Below are positions 24,386-36,534 of a DNA stretch of 64,000 bases, in pieces; position 1 is the stretch's first letter, and every line of letters starts with the position of its first letter. The notes below the pieces were generated by a model, which was given only the letters and a program-made list of their open reading frames with translations, had not been told where the DNA came from and did no database searches. The DNA is from Psammoneis japonica (Eukaryota). The stretch is from the NCBI GenBank assembly GCA_008632985.1, contig QPGO01000169.1, positions 62,001-126,000 on the forward strand. The letters are read 5' to 3'. Position numbers and translations under genes: made by a program.

Positions 24386-26703
24386 TTAGGCCTTGAAGCA
24401 GCTCTTATCACAGTTGACAGGAGGTGCTGGAACGTCGTAAGGTGTGTCCATGGAACTCACAAACGGAAGTAGTTCTGCCGCTCCAATAGTTGTCATCTCG
24501 CAGCAGTGAGGCCATTGCACCGTGAGCTCCACTGGCGTCCCAGCGATACCAAGTCCAAAAATCAAACGATCTTCACTTCCACCCTGAATCGCGCAACAAA
24601 GTAGTACGTGAGAGGGCGATTCCAGTCACCGCGAAACAAAAAAGGAGAGAAAATTAATCTACAAACCTCTGAATCCGTTTCATGACTAAGGGAACTGAGG
24701 ACACGTAACTGAGTAGTTTCCTCGTTTTGATCGGCGCCCATGGAAGAGGCTTTGAGTCTCACAATAGCTCCGATAGAAGCTGCAGGACCTGCGTTCTTGT
24801 CCAATCTAACGGCAAGATATTTGTTTTTATTCCCGTTGTCGCCCAATGTGTTGCGCACGATTACCGTAGCTCCATACAAATAGCCAAGAATAATGTCAAG
24901 GAACCCATCGTTATCAAGATCGGCAACGGTGGGTGCAAACGATCGAACTCGGTTCTGTTTGTTCAAGCTACAAACAGCAAACAGTAATAGGTAGTCAAGA
25001 TCTTGGCATTGCTCGAGGGTCAAGTATTTCGTGCATTTGCTGCTCTTCCTCACATCTGCCTCGACCGTCGGGACACCATCACAAATACTCTCTGGGAAGA
25101 CATGCTTGCGGGAATTTAGGTCGCCATATTCCATTCTTTCTCCCTCCTCGTTCTTTAACGGCTCGAAGACCTTTTTGGATGTGAGCTCGTACATACCATG
25201 AGTTGCCGGTTTGTCACAGATACTACAATTAAGAAGGGGGGATATACGCAGTTAGAAAATGAGTTCATGACTTCTTCCGACAAGTTAATTTCAACAACAG
25301 GATAGCCACTTACACGAGCATGTCTATTTTCCCGTTCAGGTTGAAATCAGCGAAGCGAATTCCACTCGCGCCCTTGAATCCACAGAGAGGTTTCAGATCC
25401 AGCTTTGACGTTGGGTTTCCCATGTAGTTGAGACAGCTCATAAGCCTAACATCTTCCGTGAAACCCTTGCACTTCCTTTGACGTGACGATGACAAATAGA
25501 AATCAACCCGATTTCCCCAGAGAATTGCCTGAACGCGAAGAAGCGGCAGAACTTTGAGCATGAAAATCTGGCTTTCGTCGTATGCATAGATGGCAAGAAA
25601 CACTTACAACGTCTGGTATTCCGTCCAAATCAAAGTCTTCAGTGGCAATAGATTTTGCAAAATCAAACTTGCCAGCGCCTCTTGGCGGCCTCTTCGTGAG
25701 TGACGTACGGCGCAGACCATGTTTCGAATCAAACTCGTAGACACTGAGGGCAAGCTTAGGCTTGTTCTTACAGACGTAATTATTAGACGCCGCACTCGCC
25801 CTGTCAGTATTTTTGCAGTTGGAGGGAACTACAAACTCACGTGCATAGCCATCCCCATTGACATCAGTTAACACGCCCATCCCTGCGCAACAGCGTAAGT
25901 AAAGATAAGTTAGGTAAAACGGATCATCCAAATCTCACGAATCTGCGCATTCGAAAATACAACATAGTTGTTTGCTTACTTGCGAATTCGGCAAAATTAC
26001 GCCCTTTCAATTTTGGTGTCTTGAAGACCCTTCCGTTCGAGTTCAAGTAGAAGCGACCAGGGCTAATTTTACCGTCTGCTCGTTCGTCATTCAGGGTGAC
26101 AAAATCCAGAAATCCGTCTCCGTTTGCGTCAAACCAATAGTGATGGCGACCGCGTTCGTTTCCTTCCTCGTTGTTTCGGCCATTCACTTGTGCGGCAAAA
26201 GCAGCGTCTCTACCACCGACAAACCGCATCCCAAGGTCCGAGGTTTTGTCTTCCTGTCCCCAAAAGAGTGCGTTGTCTTTTCCGGTGGTGTTGGCAAGGC
26301 CCATCCCACCGCCAGTCACCAAGTAGAAGTCTTTGATACCATCTCCATCAATATCAATAAATGCAGAGGAATGAGAATCAAAACATTTGTCTGGTTTCTC
26401 GTCATTTCGCTCAATGAAACCTTTACCCGAATTGGGGGCGTAGTAGGTGCCGTCATCGTTGTTACGCAATAGTGCGTCCCAGTCGACCGTGCAACCGCCT
26501 TTTCGGGGACCTACGACCGTCATGCTCGGATCCGACCACCGTTTAGTGTCCCGGCTGAATCCAAAGTGATTGTGATGAAACAGGTCAGGCACTCCATCGC
26601 CATCGATGTCAGCAGCATACGGAGACCCGTGCCCGTACATGGGAAGGTGCATGGCGAGCCCCAACATGGCAGTCTCATTGTACCCTGGAAGTAGTTGGAA
26701 CAT
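24386..26703 (-). CDS. FG-GAP / ASPIC-UnbV protein, copy 4 (inverted); exons 26703-25980, 25882-25608, 25528-25314, 25222-24667, 24583-24386
   Basis: MFQLLPGYN start, FG-GAP motifs and EDRLIFGLG...VQWPHCC end. Four phase-consistent GT-AG introns. Confidence 0.88.
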
Positions 26704-26754
26704 CCTTCTTAATTTTGTTGTTGTGAAGAAGCGATCCGTAGCACTACAATACCT

Positions 26755-26837
26755 AGGGGATGCTGTAGCAAAGTGCGGTGATCTGGAGCAACACAACACC
26801 TCTTTATGAAGGGGATGCCGTAGCAAAGTGCGATGAT
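26755..26837. repeat. 28-bp direct repeat (2 copies) upstream of the copy 4 start codon
   Basis: aggggatgctgtagcaaagtgcggtgat (26755) and aggggatgccgtagcaaagtgcgatgat (26810), with 2 mismatches. Confidence 0.8.
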
Positions 26838-27470
26838 TGTGTTTGCGTTCCAGAAGGATTGATTGGAACGAAATTTGTGGCATTCTTTTCTCAATACTTC
26901 GCTTCCTTGCCACTACGCTGACCGGTCAGAAACTATGTTAAATGAATCCTGTCACGCTCTGAAATTTATTTAAAAAAGTGGATGAGACCTGGAAAGGCGT
27001 ACGTATACAAAAAATACAATATTATTCCATGCTGTAGAAAAATAAAGTTTTGATGGATATATTGAGTTCATCAGAAGCACTGAGTGCGTCTCTAATAAAT
27101 GTTTATCAACGAAAGATCCAGTAATGATTTTGATGTGATTTGGACAGTCCAACAACAACGAGTTTGATAATTAGTAGGACAAACCAAAAAGCGAAGTTTT
27201 ATCGTACCGGGTTCTACGTACCCGTACGAGAACCCTAATTGAATCGAGCGAGTCAGGTTTACTCGAGCAGCACTGTGTTTTGTGTTTGGAGCACCGAAAT
27301 GGCCTCGATGGCACCAAAATGTCCAAATGGACATTTCACGACTGGGGCTTATCTTTGTAAAGACCAACTATGACCCCCTACAATACATACATCATACCTT
27401 TCATTTTTTCACCCACGAAACCGTACTAGCAGGACTGCAAACCAGCAATGTGTCATTACTTATCTGAATT

Positions 27471-27561
27471 GTAACCTTAGGCTTGTCCTGGCTTGTCCTT
27501 GTATCCCTGGTTAATCCTTGGTAACCTCAGGCTTGTCCTTGTATCCCTGGTTAATCCTCGG
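27471..27561. repeat. 10-bp-period minisatellite with a 40-bp higher-order duplication
   Basis: gtaaccttag gcttgtcctg gcttgtcctt gtatccctgg ttaatccttg gtaacctcag gcttgtcctt gtatccctgg ttaatcctcg. Confidence 0.85.
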
Positions 27562-27618
27562 GATTGAATCCTGCAGTTTCGGTCAGGTCTAGTTTCAGAT
27601 CATTCATTGTCGGTAACC

Positions 27619-29829
27619 ATGTTTGAGGTGTTCCCGGGCTATAACGCAACTCCAATGACGGAGCTCGCCATACAGTCACCCATGTATTCGCACGGCTCAG
27701 CCTACGCGCTAGACTGGAATGGCGACGGCGTCCTTGATCTGTGGCATCACAATCACTATATATTCAGCGAAGAGAAGTCTCGGTGGTCTGATCCCGCCAT
27801 GGCGAGAGAAGGACCGAGGAAATTTAAGTTTGGTTGCATGGTCGACTGGGACGGAGTACTTCGAGATGGAAAGAGTGGCACATACTATCAAGCGAAAAAC
27901 GGATTCATTGAATGGACAGACGAGAAGACTGGAGATAGATGCGTAAGTTGTTTGTTTTGGGTGTCGTGTTTCACGCAGGCAAGAGTTTCTCATTTTCCTT
28001 TGTGCCCAGTTTGACGTACACTCTACCAGCTATTTGGATATAGACAACGATGGTTACAAGGATCTCTTTCTCGTCACAGGTATGTCAGAAAAATTAGATT
28101 TTTTGCTTTGTTGAACTACGTTGCATGGACCGGTTTGTTTCTTATGAATTCTCGCGATGCCGTTGCAGGTGGCGGTAGGGGCGTCGGAGGGAGCTTTGAG
28201 TTTGATTGCATGCTTTTCTGGGGAGAAAAAGACAGAAAATCAGATGTAGGATTTCGACTTGTAGGAGGCAGAGATGCCGCAGAAGCTGCAGGTTTGAGTG
28301 GAAGAACACCAAAGGGAAACGAACGTGGACGCCACCAATATTGGATGGACGTAGACCAGGATGGTTTGATAGATCTCGTTACTCTCAATGCTGAAAGAAG
28401 CGATGGCATTGTAATACCTGGAAAGTTTTACCGAAACATTGATGGTCGAACTTTCAAAGTGGTGGGTGGAAGTGGGAAAACCTACGGTGAATTTTCCAGT
28501 AAGTTGAAAGCTTCGTCTTGTCGTATGTTTCACCTACATAGCCTAACAAAGCCCTTTGTTGCTTCAGAAATTGCGGTTCTCACCGATGTGAATGGTGATG
28601 GCTTTGCCCGTGAGCTTGTGGTTCCAAGCAGTTGTGAGTTGCGCAATAGACCTGGCAGATTCTCACCAAACTTTGTTTGTAATCGGGCGCCCCGAGGGAC
28701 AATCACCGTGTATCGAGGCGATTCCGATGGTGATCTTGTCCGTGTGAGTAAGTCTCCTAGCACTGTTAAAGACAGCATGCCCATTACACTTGCAACCGGT
28801 GATTACGATGGTGATGGAAAAGCAGATATTGCTATACTATGGTCCTTAAAAGTGGACTTTCATTTGTCGTCCATTAAGGATGAAAAGTGTAAACAGACAC
28901 CAAACGAAAAGAGACGGCAGGATTGTCTATTGAGAGTGGCAGAGCCTGATGAATCTCTGCATCTTGCCCCGAGACGGCTTCCTTCAGTGTGTGGGAGGCT
29001 AGGAGCAGCTGGAATGAGATTTGCGGATTTCAACAATGACGGCAGTATAGATATGCTCCTTGTGTGCAAAGAGCCAGGTCGTCATCGAATATACGAACTC
29101 GACGCAAGTCGAACTTGGAAGCCAATGACGGCATCCAATGGCACCGACCTAGATTTAGGCGCCTTGAGTAGCACTGATTCAATGCGTGGTGGAAAAGACT
29201 TTTGCAAGGGCGTTCCAATAGCTCCTGGGTTCACAATAGGAAAGGACAATTGCGAGGACCATTTCAATGGCCGTGAGTGCAATAATTTGCGTTATGACAA
29301 ACAATTCGCCATTTGTAACATTTGGAACAGAAACGAAAAAGGCACTCGGATACACGCCTTTGGTCCCACTGTGGCTGATATTGACAACGATGGCTATCCC
29401 GACATTATTCTAGGCCATCGCTTTGGCTCCATGATTATGGTACGAAACACTCTTGGAGACAAATCAAGGAACCGGTACATTGCTGTCAAGTTGGATCGTA
29501 AGGCAGGCGCTGCCGCGTCGATTGGTGCTATTGTGAAACTATGGGCGAATCGCATGGGACCCGGCGGACAAGGAACGACTAGTCAGATGCGGGTACTTTC
29601 TTCACTTGGCCATGAAAAAGACCCAGACGGCGGCGCGGAGGATCGCATGATTTTTGGCCTCGGTCCAAATGGAATTGCTAGAAAGGTCGAAGTACAATGG
29701 CCACATTGCTGCAACACCTCTGTAGTTGGTGGCAAGAAATTTTTGTGGAAGTTCATGAATCAAATGGATAGACCGCTTGAAGTACCGCTACCACAGGTCT
29801 GTGACAAGAGCTGCTTCAAAGTGGGATAG
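27619..29829 (+). CDS. FG-GAP / ASPIC-UnbV protein, copy 5; exons 27619-27942, 28010-28079, 28169-28498, 28568-29829
   Basis: MFEVFPGYN start and the same motifs. Three phase-consistent GT-AG introns. Confidence 0.88.
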
Positions 29830-30094
29830 CGAGTTCACCTCGTGTCTGACACAGCTTTTCCACACACAATCAAAAAGATCACTCTCTCAAGCGCTTTGAG
29901 GATCAATTTTAATATAAAATTCATTGCTCATTTTAGAGACAAAATGCCCAGGCCTATCTAGAGCACGTCTAGCGTCCAACTCCACCTTTTCCCCAGTGGC
30001 TAGAGCAGCTTCACTCCTCCAGAGTAGAGCAAGTCCAATTTTGGTCTGTTCGTTCGTTGTTTGCTCGGCCTAACGGTGTTGAGTGTCACTCAGG

Positions 30095-30325
30095 TAGCTA
30101 GGTACTTCCAACTTAACGAACTTTACTCTAGAGCTAGGCCCTACTCTCTACTAGCTCTAGCTAGAGCTACTCTAGCTAGCCACTACTCTATAGCTAGAGA
30201 GTCTACCGGTAGCTAGCCACTCTACACTCTCTACTCTAGCTACTACTAGCTAGAGGACCCTCTACTCTACCTCTACTCTCTAGTAACTACCGGTAGAGTG
30301 GTAGCTACTACTGAGAGTGCCGGTA
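30095..30325. repeat. Low-complexity CTAG/TAGAG/CTACT-rich tract upstream of fumarase
   Basis: Dense degenerate repeats such as ctactctctactagctctagctagagctactctagctag. Confidence 0.75.
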
Positions 30326-30530
30326 CCATACCCGCCCTTGACCATCCCATTGCGAGCTGTGGACAGTGCGTGCGCGTCATCCCCAAACCTCCGGTAGCAA
30401 ATCTACGTTGTTTCTACGCGAGGCAACGGTCGGCACGTTTTTCATGATCTTTCCGAACCCTCCTGTGGCATTGTTACTTCCATCGTATCCTTAGTGCCGG
30501 TGCTCTGCACTTCTTTGCGATTCCAAAGCC

Positions 30531-32315
30531 ATGTTGAACAGCGCAACAAGACGATTTGTCTCATCGTTGTCAAGGGCACAGCGAAAGCAAGCCCATCCCC
30601 TCCATCGTGTCAGTCAAAAAATCTTTCTGCCTGCTGCTTCCCATCAGATTGCTTCTTCTTTTTCGAGCAAACCGGCGCCGTCCTTTGATTACAAACCGCT
30701 CTTTGAGTCCAACATTTACAAGGACGCAGACGTCGAGTACAAGCAAATTTTACCGGCAAGCGAGTCAGTGTCTACCGTCGATGTCAATGGCGTCGAATAC
30801 TTATCGGTCAAGGGTTCGGCGTTGCGGGAATTGTCTCGTGTTGCCTTTGGAGACATTGCTCATTTGCTAAGGCCGGCACATTTGCAACAAGTCCGAAACA
30901 TTTTGGACGATGACGAGGCTTCTCCAAACGACAAATTTGTCGCTATGGAATTGTTAAAGAATGCCAACATTGCCTCGGGACGTATTTTACCCGGCTGTCA
31001 GGATACCGGCACGGCGATATGTATGGGCAAAAAGGGACACTTGGTTCTGAGTGATGGAGAGGATGAGGCGAACTTATCACACGGTGCCTATGACGCTTAT
31101 ACACAACTCAATCTGAGGTATTCTCAGGTGGCTCCAACTTCTGATATGTTTAGCGAAAAGAATACCGGCACTAACATGCCGGCCCAGGTGGATCTTTTCT
31201 CCAACAAGGGCAGCGAGTACAAGTTTCTATTCATTGCCAAGGGCGGAGGGTCCGCAAACAAAACATTCTTGTATCAACAGACGAAGGCCTTGCTCAACCC
31301 CGGATCGTTGGAAAGCTTTTTGGAAGAAAAAATCAAGACAATCGGAACCTCCGCGTGTCCTCCCTACCACTTGGCCATTGTGATTGGAGGCTTGTCTGCC
31401 GAAATGACGCTCAAAACAGTCAAGCTGGCTTCGACCAAATTCTACGACGACTTGCCGACCGCGGGCAATCAAGCCGAGGGACAAGCCTTTCGTGACACAG
31501 AATGGGAAGATTACATTCTCAAGATGACTCGCAAGCTGGGCATTGGCGCCCAGTTTGGTGGCAAGTACTTTTGTCACGATGTTCGAGTGGTGCGACTCCC
31601 GCGGCACGGAGCGTCTTGTCCTGTGGGAATTGGTGTCAGTTGCAGTGCCGATCGACAAGTGTTGGGTAAAATCAACAAGGACGGGGTCTTTTTGGAACGA
31701 CTCGAGGAGGATGTTTCCAAGTACCTGCCGGATGTCGAACAAGACGATTTGAGTGATAACGTGGTCAAGATTGATTTGAACGGCATGACAATGACGGAAT
31801 TACGAGAAAAACTCTCTAATTATCCCGTCAAGACGCGACTAAGTTTGACGGGGACCATTGTGGTGGCTCGTGACATTGCTCACGCAAAAATGTTGGACAA
31901 GATCAAGTCCGGCGAGGGGCTTCCCCAGTACGCCAAGGATCACATTATTTACTATGCGGGTCCAGCCAAGACGCCTGACGGCTATGCCTCTGGCAGTTTT
32001 GGACCCACCACGGCCGGTCGCATGGATGCTTATGTCGACGAATTCATGGCCAATGGCGGTTCGTACGTGACACTGGCCAAGGGCAATCGATCCCGTGCCG
32101 TCACCAAGGCGTGCAAGACACACGGTGGTTTTTATCTGGGTAGTATCGGGGGACCCGCGGCCATTTTGGCCAAGAATTGCATCAAGAATGTAGAGGTGTT
32201 GGACAATAAGGAAGATGGCATGGAGGCTGTGTGGAAGATTGATGTTGTTGACTTTCCGGCATTTATTGTGGTGGATGATAAGGGCGACGACTTTTTCAAA
32301 GAGTGGCTGGGATAG
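30531..32315 (+). CDS. fumA: Class I (Fe-S) fumarate hydratase with a probable mitochondrial presequence, intronless
   Basis: Motifs [57 protein letters not shown] and GPTTAGRMD. The N-terminus is R/S-rich and free of acidic residues. Confidence 0.96.
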   Translation: MLNSATRRFVSSLSRAQRKQAHPLHRVSQKIFLPAASHQIASSFSSKPAPSFDYKPLFESNIYKDADVEYKQILPASESVSTVDVNGVEYLSVKGSALRELSRVAFGDIAHLLRPAHLQQVRNILDDDEASPNDKFVAMELLKNANIASGRILPGCQDTGTAICMGKKGHLVLSDGEDEANLSHGAYDAYTQLNLRYSQVAPTSDMFSEKNTGTNMPAQVDLFSNKGSEYKFLFIAKGGGSANKTFLYQQTKALLNPGSLESFLEEKIKTIGTSACPPYHLAIVIGGLSAEMTLKTVKLASTKFYDDLPTAGNQAEGQAFRDTEWEDYILKMTRKLGIGAQFGGKYFCHDVRVVRLPRHGASCPVGIGVSCSADRQVLGKINKDGVFLERLEEDVSKYLPDVEQDDLSDNVVKIDLNGMTMTELREKLSNYPVKTRLSLTGTIVVARDIAHAKMLDKIKSGEGLPQYAKDHIIYYAGPAKTPDGYASGSFGPTTAGRMDAYVDEFMANGGSYVTLAKGNRSRAVTKACKTHGGFYLGSIGGPAAILAKNCIKNVEVLDNKEDGMEAVWKIDVVDFPAFIVVDDKGDDFFKEWLG

Positions 32316-33161
32316 CTTTTAGTGTGTATCACATTTTTGAAACACACATGCGATTGTTAGAGAGTAATTTTAGAATTGATTTGGTCCTTCCGTTTGATTC
32401 AAGCCAGACTCGAACTCTGCTTCCAACAATTGCGTGGGCATGTTTCGCCGAGTTCCAAACGCGATCGGTAAAGATCAAAACTCTAGAGACGATTTTTAGT
32501 CCTTCCGTCAAGTTTCAGTCGGGCTTTGTCTTGTTCGTGTGACTCGAACTCGGTGTCTGACAATTTCCGTGCGAAAGTTTTTCCGATTTCCTAACTGACT
32601 GCATGACTTAGCAAATGACTGGTTCGCTTTTGTTTCACTCGCTATTGTCTATCGTGGAACGCACTCAGCGGTTATCCCACAAAAAAAGTGCGCCCTCGTC
32701 CTTTGTAACCGCGATGACAGTCACAACACAATTGCCACGATTTCTCCGCCGCGAATCGGGTGATTGCGAGTCTTGCTTCGGAGCTTTACGTCATTCCAGA
32801 ATGTGGATCTGGAATTCCAGTCGCGTCGCGCGCGGCGAAACTTGGATGTCCTTAAGGAACCATGAATGACTTCGCGGACTCGCGATCAATAAGTAATGTG
32901 GTATTCAATTATCCATTTATATAGGAGTACATATGTGACCGATAGAAAGGTTATTTAACGACCATGTCGAGCGTGGTCGCAGATTTTGCGTTTTCATTTA
33001 CCGCGATCATACTTCTTGTGGCTTCGGATTGTTCCGTATCAAATTCATCCATTCTACAGCGCGTTCACGTGGCGTTGATTCACAATTCGCGCACGGGCCG
33101 TAACAACGATTTCATTTTTTTCATAACACACCGCAACACACCGCAAAATACATACACCACC

Positions 33162-34373
33162 ATGAGCGATCACAACGATAATGAACCAAGGCCTAGCTTC
33201 TCTGGCATGTTTGAACCAAATGTAGAAGACGTTGTTAATGATGAGGATATGGTTGATACCACATCGCGACGAGCAGCGGGAGCAATCGTATTCGATGATC
33301 CGCTTATTAAGTCGGGTTCTGTAGATCCTACGGGCGCTTCAGTACTAGACACCGCCCCCGTCAAGCAACTGAGACCAACAACGCGGAGCGTCGACATGAA
33401 GAAACCATTCCAGCTCCAAACAACATCATCATCCTATGGTATATGGAGTGCATACCAGTTGAGTAACATTCCCACCCTCCCTCAGTTTTGCACATTGGAA
33501 CGTACAGCGGTATTTGTACCAAACGCTTCTGTGGCGAAAATTGCGTCTCGCGTTTCTGCGGTACTTCGAGACCGGTCCATGGAGGCACACGCGGAACAAG
33601 CCAAGGCGTCTTGCACAACCTTAGAAGGTGTTGACTTTTGTATCCGTTTCTATAGAGGCCGTGGGCCGAGATATAGTCATGGAATTATTGTGGAAGTACA
33701 GAGACGGTATGGAACGTCGCTCACCTTTCATCATGATACAAGTGCAATTCTAAACGCGGCTGAAGACTTACCGCCACCCCCTTCCAGTAATACAGCAAGC
33801 AACTATTTACCAGCTGTCGTATCGGACACTGAAGAAGATGTCGTGGACGATGCGAGTCGACTGGGAACACTTGAGATGGTGAGCAAGATGTTTGAGAATC
33901 CCGGGACTCATCGATTGGCGCTCGAGACACTTGTCACCTTTACGAATCAAGACAAAATGGGAAGCGCCACCGCACGCAAGGTATCCAAGGAACTGCTCGC
34001 GCCCAACAGCCGAGTAGGATCCCAACTAGTGTCTTTGGTAATTGTGGAGAGCACCAAGAGTGAACTACGAACCATGGCTCTAGAGGCACTCGGAAATGCG
34101 CTTCAAACACAAGCATCTTTTAAGCAGGGCGTCATTCCATATGCCACTATTCCTACAAGCAAACTCCGCGTGGTTCTGTTGCAAGACTTGGGTCAATGCA
34201 AACGAAGTCCCCGTACAGCCTATTTGGCTGCAAGATGTCTCTTGCCGCTGCTGCACTCTCCAGAAGACGGCCACGAACTCCGTCAAGCGCTCAACAAGGC
34301 TGTAGCAGTGGGACAGACAAAGCACATGGCACTTGCACAAGAAGCATCTAGATGTTTGGGGTGCTTTCATTAA
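33162..34373 (+). CDS. Hypothetical protein with a KA1-like domain and helical C-terminus (start taken as MSDHND; the ORF is open from 32964)
   Basis: Long intronless ORF. The segment VDFCIRFYRG...IIVEVQRRYGTSLTFH resembles kinase-associated-1-type folds (inference). Confidence 0.75.
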   Translation: MSDHNDNEPRPSFSGMFEPNVEDVVNDEDMVDTTSRRAAGAIVFDDPLIKSGSVDPTGASVLDTAPVKQLRPTTRSVDMKKPFQLQTTSSSYGIWSAYQLSNIPTLPQFCTLERTAVFVPNASVAKIASRVSAVLRDRSMEAHAEQAKASCTTLEGVDFCIRFYRGRGPRYSHGIIVEVQRRYGTSLTFHHDTSAILNAAEDLPPPPSSNTASNYLPAVVSDTEEDVVDDASRLGTLEMVSKMFENPGTHRLALETLVTFTNQDKMGSATARKVSKELLAPNSRVGSQLVSLVIVESTKSELRTMALEALGNALQTQASFKQGVIPYATIPTSKLRVVLLQDLGQCKRSPRTAYLAARCLLPLLHSPEDGHELRQALNKAVAVGQTKHMALAQEASRCLGCFH

Positions 34374-35275
34374 GAATCTACATATTATTTGTTAACAAGG
34401 GGACAACTCTACTCTTTTTATGTAACTAAAAATATGAATGGCTAGAGAATATTTTATGTTTACTGCGACCCTTTTATTTTGTCATGTTACACAAGTTGTA
34501 CTTACTTCTTGCCATTGTTATTGCTCTGAAGGGTGATAATCTTTGAATGATCGTGCCGAGTCAGTAGATTCCCGCTTCTCTCTCTACTCTAGCTAGTAGA
34601 GAGAGAGTAGTTCCCTCTGTAGTTGCGCTTGTTTACGAGCAAAATGGGCCGTCAAGACTCAATGTCTCAAGCCAGAAGCTTATGTTTCTTTCCTAAGATT
34701 ACTTCTATCGCACATCCTGGCATTCTGAAAAGAGACTTCAAAAGCAGTAACATCAAAAAGAAGCGGTTTCGAGGCGGCTATCTGTCGATAAATTACAATA
34801 GAGAGGGACCAGTTCCAGAGTAAGTTGAGTTCAGCTTGAATGAATTGAATCAATCGATCGACTGAGAGACGGACACTCGAGTTAATTGTGACGTGAGGTT
34901 GACGTCAGCCGGGAATAAAGTTCGCGCCAAAAATTTTAGCCGTTATAAAACGTTAACAGCATTGTTCTTCGTCGCTCTTCTTCGCGAAGAAGACATCCCA
35001 AAGGCACGGAATACAGCACAGTATATATCAGCTGGAATGGACAGAAGGAGAATGTCAATAGCATTTAAAGATTTAGTTCATGTCGATAATTGTTCAAACG
35101 TCAGAACTTCGTCACACTTATGGACAAAACGCGAACATGCGTCAGTGACTTCAAACCCTTTTAGCGATTTCTTCCGCACGCACGCGGAGTCTCACCGCTG
35201 ATCTGAGCGTCAAAAATTGATGGCTCGCAAGTGTCATTGCGTTCTTTTTTACATTGCCCATGAAACGATAAGAAG

Positions 35276-35723
35276 ATGTTTGCCGCTACAACGACGTCCC
35301 GTGTCTTTGCCGTCCGTGCTCTCCGTCATGCTACCTTCTCGACGGATTGTGCTGCGGCAGTGAAGCTTCGAAACATTTTCGAAGAGTACCGTCAACAACA
35401 GTGAGTGTGATGGATGTCTGTGATGTTTTTTGCACATATGGAACGTACGAGAATCACGCGCTAACTCTGTGTCCTTAATCGTTTGCTACTACAGTTACGC
35501 CCAAGAGACTCCGTATCGCTTCAAAAAGGAAATGGTGAATGCTGCACAACGCGTCGGGGCCACGACTGGCGATTGTGTCAAGGTGGACGCGCTGAACCAG
35601 ATTCTGGTGAACATCGGGCGCTCTGAGGATTGCTTGACGGATGAGGAGCTGAATGCCATTCTTGTTGCGGCCGACGCTCATGACCGCGACTTGCCCGTCG
35701 AGAAGCTTTTGCAACTCATGTAA
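35276..35723 (+). CDS. Small (117 aa) probable mitochondrial protein with an EF-hand-like helical C-terminus; exons 35276-35400, 35495-35723
   Basis: Presequence-like start MFAATTTSRVFAVRALRHATFS. A GT-AG intron (35401-35494) gives EEYRQQHYAQETPYRFKKE in frame. Confidence 0.75.
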
Positions 35724-36534
35724 ATATATCGCAGCAAGGACGACAGAGCAGTAGTAGGCAGTCTACGAAATGTGCAAAATAGAAGAGAGCGATCAAGTAG
35801 GGAATTGTGCTGTAACCAAGAAATAAAACTGATAGAGAAAATCTATATGAACTGAAAGTTCACTTTGTTTTCTTTGCTTGGTTCGTCTCTAATCTAGCCC
35901 AGAGGGGTACCGGTATTGGGTAGCACCACTGGGAGTTATTGCCGGCAGCACTTCGCTGCGTGCACCGGGATAGCTTATCGAGCATCGAACAACAACGAAT
36001 ACTCACCCAAGAAGAAGCCTCTCATGTCGTAGAGCCCTAGAGTATTGTCAAAGGCTAGATGATCATTCTTTGCTATAAACAGTAAAACAAAATCTAACTT
36101 AGCTCGAGCTGTTCATCACGCCGAAAAACACAACTAGTTTCCACTTTGGCTCCTTTTTCTTCTCTAATTCTATCCCCTTATCTTATATTAGGGGAAATGG
36201 TATGAAAATCGAGAGGATCTATCTCCTGCACCCCTTTGAACGCCATTGTTCCGCCTACCGGTGGGTGCAAAGTTCAAGAAACCACGGGCAGAAGAGAGAA
36301 AGCCAATGACGAGCAAGGGACGGACCATTCGTGTTTCAGAATTCCATGAGAATTCGGAATTAGAAATTCGCGAAATGAATAGGTTATCAGCGTAAGAAAT
36401 GATATCTTGTCGTACTGACAGCCAGACGAAGGCAAAGAGAAAAAATGAACAAAAAACAGCGACCAAAAGCGTCGCATCAAAACATCAAACATTGCAAATC
36501 CAGACGTGCTTGACATCATAGTGTAACTTGCGCA

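Noticed and set aside
26704..26913. 70-aa N-terminal extension of copy 4
   Set aside because: The ORF starts at a non-ATG codon, is not conserved in paralogs, has no signal-peptide character and overlaps a DNA direct repeat.
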